Of a stretch of 64,000 nt of DNA, positions 54,501 through 64,000 are shown one piece after another (position 1 is the first letter of the stretch; each line of letters starts with the position of its first letter). A model generated the notes under the pieces. The model did no database searches. It saw nothing but the letters and a program-made list of their open reading frames with translations, and had not been told where the DNA came from. Position numbers and translations under genes: made by a program. The DNA is from Acanthaster planci (Eukaryota), in contig NW_019091355.1 of the NCBI RefSeq assembly GCF_001949145.1, positions 3,392,646-3,456,645 of the forward strand. Reading direction: 5' to 3'.

Positions 54501-57500
54501 TTTCGAATGTATATATGTAATGTTTTTGCTGTACTCTATAAAACTAAAGTAAAGTTTTGATGACTGATTTTTGCAATCATTAAACACTGGGAAATCAATC
54601 AATCAATCTTGCTCTACTGACAGTGACAATAAGAAATATCTTGCATCTCACCTAATTCGGGAGGGTTCACCCTGAATGAATCATCGTTGATTTTTAATGT
54701 AAAAGGATTCCTCATGAGAACGTCGATGCTTGTCGACTTGGCGATTTTCACACCGTCTACGGAGGGGAGGAGAAAAAAAGTAAGTGAGAGACAGATGAGA
54801 GTAGCATCTCATTTTCGTCCGCACATTGCTCATACAACCTAAATTTATAGCATAATTTGGTTGCGGCTCACATGTTGTGATGTAAGAAACTGGAAGACAC
54901 GGAGAAGGTTGTAATCTCCTTGCTGCATTGAAGCATAGAGAGCTTCAATCAAGTGCATAAAAATTCAGCGGGATGAACTGAAAAATACAAAATGTAGGTC
55001 TCTCTTAGAAGACACGACATGCCTTCGTGATATTTGGACCCATCTGTAGCTTGGGCATGTTGGGTGCGTACATGTACATGTCTGAATAAGAAGCCATTCA
55101 GAATTGCTCTTTAATGAGGAATCCTATTCCGTGAAATTTTGATAGACATAAAGAAATGTCACACTTTTGAAATGTCGTATGTCCATTGACAGATTGGCTG
55201 ACATAGCTTCATTTGCATTAATTTTCTCCTGATACCGAGTAAAAATGGCCCAACTACACGTATGTCAATATTTGAGGCAAGAAACTGGTGCCAAAAAATG
55301 TCCAAACTTGTTAATGTCTGTGACCACTTTTTCTCAGATTATCGTGCTGAGCAACTTCAAAATGCTCTCAAGTGTTGTTTGAAAAAGCAAAAGTTGCGAC
55401 CAAGGTTATGAATAATCATCAACAAGACCAAAGTGTTATTGCAGTGTAGCAGTCAGAAGCACTATAATTTGAGAGGTCCAAATGCAGCCAGATGAAGAGA
55501 GTATCTTGCAAAGTGATTCATCAACCGTGTCAACTCCAAATGTTTGTTTCACCACACAGACGACTACATGTATATCATACCAGCATATCAACAATGTACA
55601 TGAGTCCGAGCCGGCCCAGTGTCACACATACACAGTTTACGAGGAAAATTGGGACCGAGTTGTAAGGACAACAATCTGTTGCCATGGCAACGTAAATATA
55701 ATTTGATCCCTTGGAGCTACAAATGTCCCCCCCCCCGCCGGTTATCCCAACAATTAGGTGCCTGTATGTGTCAACTACATGTTAACCCTAACCTTCCCTA
55801 ACCACACAGAATTGAACACCAGTAAAGTGTGTGAATTTGTGGCACTGGGTACTGTACCCCTAAACTGCTTGTGCTTTAACATGGGTTCAGGCGTACCCAA
55901 AATAAACAGAGTCCAACAGTTTTTGGGCACAGTTTACCATATGGCGTTGGAATTTGTGTGAATGGGTATGGTTCCTAGTAAATCACTCTGGGGAGTTAGG
56001 GTTAAGGTACATTTACATGTGCTGTACAAACAATATTATACATACATGTGTATGTAATTATTCAAAATTGAAGACAACGCTGCATGCGTAGCAACTTCAA
56101 AGACATATTTATATGATCCAAAGTTCCAAACCTCTCAAATCTAATTTTCCTCATCTTGTTTTTAATTTCTTTTTTATCTAATAAAAGCATACATGTACAT
56201 GTATTATGTATCTGATTGCACCTGACTAGAGCTCAGCAGGGAGTATTTGATTATCAAGGATATGAAATGTGAGGCCCTAACAGCCGCTGCAATTTCACAC
56301 TTTGTCAATCACACAGACCGCCAGCGCGTGCATTAATTGCCTGGAGACGATGTATCAAGGAGGATCATATTTGGGTGTGAAAAAAAAAGTGTTTTCAATC
56401 CTGCATTCCAAAGTTCAAGAAGGATGCTACACAGAGAAAATGACAAACATGTAAGACTTTGTGGACGTCACAGCACCCCAAAGGAATTTGAGTTTCAAAT
56501 TTACGTTTTCTTTTGAGACACATGTCTTTGATTCATTTAATCGATTCTAAAATGTTATGATTTTTTTTATGAAGCCAGGTGATAATAAGATTTTTTTTTT
56601 CAAAGTGGAAATGTACAGACACCTGGAAATTACATGTAGATGTGGAATTAACTTGGGGCTGAAGATGCTCGTGTACAAATACATGTACGTGTACAATGTA
56701 CATGCTTATTCTACCTGCTCGTTTTCTTATAGTGGCACATGTGATTTTTCAGTTTTATACGTAAGGTTTCGTTCAATCACCAGTTATGTCATAACAAAGA
56801 ATCAAGGGACTGTAATTCCAGAACACTACTGAGAAGTGCGACTTCCATGTATTTGCCAATGACATACACACATACATGTATACACACATGTACATGTAGA
56901 TGCAGATTTGGCCCAAATGTAGACACATTATTGTACGTGCCATCTGAGTCCAAACAGTACTACGGGCAGTCCTCAGCAAATGAGCGACAGCCGACAGGAA
57001 TTACAATTTGAAGATCCATGACACTGTGGTACATCCCTCAGTCTAATACCACTATCAGTGCTTGTAATTCAGTTTTAACCCTCACTCTGTCGCCTCTTTC
57101 ACATTGAGAGAAGAGTTGGGTTTGCTCAGCTGCGACGGATCTGCTCTCTGACATATCTAAAATGTATCTAAAAACATGTTACACTGAAACAATCTTCACT
57201 TCGCACGCACCTACATGTATATGTACCAGATGTTGGTGTTTACAAGGCCACATCAGGGCTGTAACAATCTGCTTTTGAGAAATCACCACATGTTCTGAAA
57301 TTTTGTGAATAGGGTTTCCTCCAATTGTCTTGTTTTCCCTGTGCAAGCAATACTCGAAGCTAACTGTAATAGCCTCAATGTAATTTCAATGGCCTCATTT
57401 CCAAATGCTTACAGTGTGTTCCGTGAGCAACCAGCAACATTTTCCTCCGTAAACATATGATTGGCATTTTCCAGATAGTGGCCTTGTTTATGGAGAAATA

Positions 57501-60500
57501 TTTCGGGAAAAAAAAATGGGTAGAGAAAACACATGTGATGGCATGCCGAACACAACGGTTTAAAAATGTTTTTGTGAAATCACAAATGTGCGCACATGCA
57601 CAAATATCAATAACTGCGGAATCGTTTTTGAAGGTTCCGTTGCATGTTTATTTTTCTAAAAACTGTATGAAGTGGAGGCAAGAGATACCTAGTTAATTGT
57701 GAAAAATGCTCTATTTTACATGTAAATGCAATTGGAAATACAATGGACAGGACAGTTTATTCAATGTACATTGTACCTTTGCAGCGATACATGTATGCCT
57801 TATAATAGGAAGCCTTTTATTTTCACTGAGTGGTTAGGGCCGAGAGTAAAAACACAACCAAATAATCAGCAAATTGATCGGTTATCCGTGTAAATGTACA
57901 TGTATGATTCCAGCCTTAGCATAAGGTACATGTACAGCGCACACCACTCCATGTACATTGTACATGTCACACCAGAATCAAACACACTACTCCTCTGTTA
58001 ACGACAAGGAAACCTATCCATTCGATGCCCTGCCCATCCTAATTTCAACTGCTGCCTTTCTGTATATTAATTTATTAATATCCGACTACATTCAGAGCTT
58101 CAAGCCTGAAAAATGCTTCCAGTGAAAATTATTACAGGCTCCTACTGAATCACGATGTGTAAAATTCTTTTAAAGGCTTTTAAAACCAAATTGGCTCTGG
58201 CGACTTATTTCATGACTTCATGAGTGTGTGTTAGGGCACCAAAGGCTATTGATAAATGAATAGAAAGTTTATTTACTTATTTTATTTTGCATGAGTTTGT
58301 TTATCTCTTGATTCCCACCTTCGTTGTAGATGCCTGTTCTCTCTATTCCTCCGTCCTCCCGCTTGAGGTGGTTGAGAAAGTCACCAACTGTTTCTGTCAC
58401 GGGCTTCAGGGTGAACTGGCAGTGTCCTCTTGTGGACGGAAGAGGGACTAGAAGCACGGGTAGACCGTTGCGATACTCACAAACAACCTCTGTACAACAA
58501 GGGACAAAAACAATGACAGCCAGATCTTTTTTCTATTTCTGTGCAACTATGCCTTGGCCTATGATATTTCTGCTTATTTTTTTTTAATTTTGTTGAACAT
58601 TTTTCCAAGCAGTACCAATTCATTATCTCTTCTTTCCCTATATCACGTTATTCATAAGTTATCAGGGCATTCTTTTGGAACTAAATGCTGATGGGTCATT
58701 CTATAAATTTGGGGTCCATTTTTTCCCGTCCCTGTTACATCTGGCATTTGATTTTTAATGTTTAGAACTCACTGTTTAATTGCCAAGACTGAATAGGTAC
58801 TGCAAATTACCTGCCTAACAATTAACAGTGGTTTGAATTCAACTTCAGTGATACATGTACATGTACATCCCTTGTCAAACTTGTCAGATGGTATACGTGT
58901 CAGAGGTAACAGGGACGGAAAAATTTCACACTTTGGACCCCAATCCAGATTTATAGAATGACCCTGTTGCCAGATTAACACTCTTTTGCAGATAAACATT
59001 ATAAATTAGCAATGTTGACTATGGACACACCGAGATGCATCTTACAACTCACATAAACAGGAGTGATTGAAAATAAAACACAGAAATTACATAAATGAGA
59101 CAGTGCACTTAGTATCTAAAGTACACGTTGAGCTACGGGATCGGTGCATGTACATGTACATGTAACTTAAAACAGATCAATTACCAAGCCAATTACAATG
59201 TCCACTGGTTAAGGTGGCAATCAGCTCTCTGAACAAAACTCCGTGTTCCTACATATATATATTCTTCTCTTTACAATTACAAACTACTGTCCTTAGATTC
59301 ACCTTTAGCTTTACCCGTGTAACACCAAACACTTCTTGTTCAGCACATGCAGTGTACAAATGCCCAGTCCTGTGTGGAAGGCATTCAGCACTTGCGGGTT
59401 GCATGAATTCACGAGGTACGCGACACTCATTTATGTATGTGTAATCTCTCGAGACAGTTTCACCAAGGCATCCATGTACAGTATGTAGATTTTTTTTGTC
59501 TTGAGGCAAACACTTAACTGTTTCCGTGGCAACAGAGTGCCGGGCATAAGAGGTTTTTTACCAGGGAGCAGTTCCCTCCAGGGTTTCGTCAAGGACTGAA
59601 ATATCGGCCTGTCCCTTCACAGCAAACGTTACAACCCGCCTTGTCCACTCCCAACAAAACATTTTGAAACTGACATCTCTGGGCATTCTTTCAGACCATA
59701 CTTTCACTTTACCCAAGAAGCTTGAAAGGAAATGTGAAGATCTGTTTGCCAGTGTCAAAGATTCAGGTAACAGATGGGGGGGGGTTGTAAATCAGAAACA
59801 AACAAACATTGTCCATCTAAAGTTCTTTTTCCCAGGCCTTAAGATATGTGTCCCTGTAGGCGGCTAGATGAGACACTGGCTTCCTCCAACTATCTCCTAT
59901 GTTCCTACAGGGGGCACCAGTCTGCACTTACACTACAATTAACCCTTAATTTATTCACTTCAAGCCCACACACTACAAATTATCAGAACTCTCAAATTGG
60001 AGAAGACAAGTACCTGTAAACACATGGTCTCCTTGCCAATAATCCCTCCGTGCTCACAACACAGCCAAATGCCTTGGAGTGTCAATTACACAATTGAATT
60101 GACAAACCAATCTGCCACTGTTTATGTCAACAGCTGGCTGTTGACTGGATGAAATTACACATGGAATCAATCTTTTTGGGGTGCAACGTTTGGTGAAGTT
60201 CTCATTTTCCAATTTACAGAAAACAAGTAATTTGGATATGCATCGGCTAAATCTGTAGCCAACGTATAACTGTACGTATTGAACAGTAAAGTACATGCAC
60301 ACACTGCACATGTACATATAAGCATGTCAAGGCATCAAAATGGCATTGGAAATCAACTATGAATTTTAACAAATATCTGACATACGATATCCAAAGCACT
60401 TTTTTACTAACACCTGTTGACACAGAGTTGGGACCATTTCTATTTCTACTTAATCTCTTTACCCGAGGGGTGTGTCTTTACGTTGTATAATATACATGTA

Positions 60501-63500
60501 TCTGTGTGTCCTTGGAGGACATTTGGCGAGTTTCAGTTCTTTCATGCTACTCATGTACGGTGTCTGTCATATGTAGATATCCTGGGACAGACTACTCAAG
60601 GAAAGGATATCAAGCTGGATTCAGCCTTCAGGGGCACCTGCTGTACACAATTGGTACAAAATGTCACATGTGTACATGACACTCATACGTGTAGTACAGA
60701 TCTCTACATCCAATATGCTACATATACACATGTACATGACATGCACATAATGACATTTTCCCCCCGTGCACTGGCTTCAATTTGGTACAAACCGGCTTTT
60801 CTAGTTATACCCAGCTATCGATAAGCAGACACAAGTACCAGTGATGTACACAACACGGTACCCCTACAATGACAGAGGTTATCATGAGTGCTCATCTCGA
60901 TCTAACATGTCCTCATTTCTTGTACAGACCTACGTACATGTACATGTATATTATACTTTGCATGGAAGCCATGTGCATTATACACACCCTCTACATGCTA
61001 CATGTTTAAACTGTATTTGAAAAAGGATCTGTTACATTTGAAGTCTGCAACATTTCACAAAAAAAGACGAAATGCACAATGCACGGTATGAGTTAATCTA
61101 CACACAGAGCAGGATTTGAATTTAAAAAAATTTCCCCTTTCATGTCACCTCTTGACATTTAATCTATCCCTACCTGTACAGATTCAAACTAACCAGTTAG
61201 TGGAATCTTCAACAAAAAATTTGGAAAATAAATTTAAGCCAAATTTCTGTTTCGCACTTCAACATTTTGGAATGGTTTGTCAAAAATCACAGGAGCCCAC
61301 AAATATTGACAAAAATTTAAAAGGCGATAGGTCACTCACTACGTGTGATTCCAAATATATTTTCTACAATCAACAGCCACATAAACTTTGGAATCTAATG
61401 TCTGTTTAATCAAAATGAATTGTAGAGTTTCTGTTTGCTAAAAATTGGCCAAAAAGTAAACGCATAGAATTTCTTAGTTTGGGATTGCACATTATTTGCA
61501 CGCAAATACATTGCAAACTCAACCTCACGGACGTAAGAGAAATGTATGTGAAGTAATGGGTTCGTTAACTGAAGTGTGGGCAATGGTATCGTCAATAGCT
61601 CACTGCCCAGCTGAAGAAGTCGAGTCAAAATTTACAAAGGTTCTATTGGGAATTCCTACTTTGAAATAATTTTCTCTAAATTAAGAAATCCTTCATTACA
61701 AAATCAGATTGTTATGGTTCTGGCTGCAAAATGGATTTCTCATGCGTTACTTTTTATTCGTGAATAAGTTTTTGTTGCGATCTGGAACTGGTTAATAAAC
61801 CGATCCAGAACAAGGAAGAGTGTCCTTGTCACTTTCGTCGATCTTGTAAGTCCAAATTATAAGTTAAGATTTCGAAAAGAACTTGGTAGTATCTCCAACA
61901 CACAAGGCGGACTACTTGCCACATTTCACCGGAATTTGAGGATTTTTTGTAGCTGCAATCTGACTGAATGATTTTCATGATCTGGAACTAGGAAAACGAC
62001 TATATTACATTAAGACATGACTGACAATGAAGAACACTTTTTAACAGATTTATTGGGAATGCTCTTCTTTCATCCCCCCGTCCTGTCCCTAGCATTGATT
62101 AAGGAAAACAGCCCTGCATCTCAAATATTCACTGAGAAGAACAACTGCCCGCCCACGAGTTTGCTTACCAGATTTCTCAGATGCAGTGCAATAAGCAGCC
62201 GCACAATGCTTCAAACTCCCAGGAAGGAAAAACTGCAAATCCTGGAGGGAGAGGCAAGCAAAATAAGAGATTCAAATGCACTGTTATAATCACTCCAAAC
62301 TCTAAAAGGTTTGCATTAACAATCCCCTTCTTAAGCAGGCTCTGCATCGGAACTAGTGGTGGTCAGGGCAAGCGGCTTCCAATGCAAGCGTATGGTGCAA
62401 GGTCAAATCCCCTGTCCATCAACATTCAATTCAACTAATCTTATTGCCTACTCTAAAAAATGTCACAAATCTTCCTCCTCAGATTATAAATCAAATCCTA
62501 CATTAAACTACAAAACATTTCACTTTCTTTGCATCATTCACGAAGGATTGTTTCATAGAAATAAAATCCAGTAGGTCCGAATTTCCATCTCGCGAATAAG
62601 AATTCAATGACTATGTAATGCAAGCATTGCTACTGATATAATTTGTAATGACACCAATACAATTCTTCAATAATGAAGTTCTTCCAGGAGAGATGATGAA
62701 GCCCTAAAAACCAACTCTGAGGGCCGAAAAAAGTCACACAGGTCACAGCTTCACACTCTCACTCGTTCACAGGATAAAGCAAGAGTTTTTTTCTCAAAGT
62801 TGGTGCTCGGATCCACTGACCTTCTGGATTCTGAACTGGAGAAAATATTAAAAGTTCTACTTTGATATCTCGGGTCCACCAACAATTCTACTGATATAAA
62901 TGTAAAAAAAAATTAAAACTTTGATCCACTGTCAGAACAAGAGTGAAGTCCATGATTTCAATTTTGTGAGCTTTGGTCTTTGGCAGCTGGTGCTCATGGC
63001 AAGGGATGGACCTACCTCATTTTTTTTTTTTTTTTGAAAAAAAAATCCGTATTCTTCCCTCCGCCTTGAAACCCTTATTTGTTTTTCTTGAGACCACAGA
63101 AAATACTTCTTTGGGTTTTTTCCATCCTCCTTCACTGTGTTTCTTTAACAAGGTCAAAGCACCAACTTATATAAAAAAAACTGCTCGCCTGAATTAACTT
63201 TAGAAAGCAAATTTAACAGTATAACTACAACACTAGCCTAATTTAACTGCTGTCAACTTTCATTCGCATTGTCATGATTGTGAATGCGATAGTTGAGGTT
63301 TCTTATATTCATTTGAATTTTACTTCAAACTGAAATTTTAACATGTGCAACACCCTTTCTTTACGACTGGAGCATGGTCACATAGTTTAGTGCACACAAG
63401 GAACTAAAGGATATCACTGACCCCTCTTCCGCCCACACGCCCCCAACCATGCCGACTGTACACGTTAAACATGCAGTAGACGAAGCGTACGGCACTACTA

Positions 63501-63695
63501 CCGGCATGACCGGTGTACAAACAAAGACAATTTACCCGGAATATTTAATAAAATCAGGGTTTCTGAAAGATAAAAATCAATCCTTTACAACAGAGTGATA
63601 CTGCTCACCCGCTTTTCAGACTTTTTGACGGCAGACAGGGCAAACAAAACGTTCTGTTTGCAGCGTTCCACACGGAGTAGACTTCGGAACGCCAT
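45536..63695 (-). CDS. MCU: Mitochondrial calcium uniporter pore subunit; 8 exons, 334 aa
   Basis: Exons (minus): 63609-63695 (MAFRSLLRVERCKQ.., transit-peptide-like), 62169-62241 (..AAYCT..), 58319-58489 (YRNGLP..CQFTLKP), 54652-54756, 49302-49462 (coiled coil), 48473-48676 (TM1, ARLTWWEYSWDIVEP, TM2), 46753-46869 (ARDRQYL), 45536-45622 (DLRRLRDPL). All introns are GT-AG and the total is 1005 nt in frame. Internal exon sizes 171/105/161/204/117 match my recollection of vertebrate MCU. Exons 1-2 are less certain than 3-8. Confidence 0.94.
55678..55691. promoter_or_regulatory. Perfect palindromic RFX X-box in an MCU intron
   Basis: GTTGCCATGGCAAC. A second near-consensus site, GTTTCCGTGGCAAC, lies at 59520-59533. 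Confidence 0.4.
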
Positions 63696-64000
63696 TTTCA
63701 CGCTTTGAAGTTAGTTTTAGATTGGTCCCCACCGGTAGCACAAACATCTATTATAATAACACGAAAGGAGTCAATAACCAGGCCGCATCTAAAACCCTGC
63801 CCATTTTAGTCTGGCACCTTAATGTAACTGGTGTGGGGTTATTTTCAAGCTGTAAAAAGTGAGGAATTGTGGTGGCTTTCAGGTACCAGGTACCATTTCT
63901 CCAAGCTGAGGATCAGTCATGAAAACTATAGACTAGGCTGAACACACAGGTACAGTTTTTCAACCATTTTATTTAGCGGCACAGGTTTCTCCAGGTGAAA

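Noticed and set aside
62355..62415. tRNA-like A/B-box sequence
   Set aside because: Too degenerate; at best a decayed SINE head.
62821..62890. 67- or 70-nt version of an MCU upstream exon
   Set aside because: In the frame required by the phase-0 exon at 62169-62241 it contains a TAG. Only the 15-nt form stays open.

Overview
This is intron-rich animal genomic DNA. Abundant TACATGTA motifs, MITEs and a V-SINE-like repeat suggest an invertebrate deuterostome, possibly an echinoderm, but the taxon is an inference. I assembled four complete genes by hand, checking GT-AG splice sites and reading frames. (1) A rhodopsin-family orphan GPCR with an intronless CDS (13068-14183, +). (2) A 6-exon, unusually divergent PCNA (18235-22176, -). 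(3) A 19-coding-exon PIWIL2-type Piwi with an intact DEDH slicer tetrad (25054-37701, +), head-to-head with PCNA. (4) An 8-exon mitochondrial calcium uniporter, MCU (45536-63695, -). A 14-nt first coding exon at 7468-7481 (-) resembles MOB1. The non-coding space holds a TSD-flanked Penelope-like fragment with a minimal hammerhead ribozyme, several MITE families, a tRNA-derived SINE, a 39-bp minisatellite, and a 1.7-kb tandem duplicate bounded by N gaps (probably an uncollapsed haplotype). The best leads are the PCNA with plant/fungal-like residues paired divergently with PIWIL2, the hammerhead insertion and a candidate 15-nt MCU microexon. All comparisons to known proteins are from memory; no searches were run.
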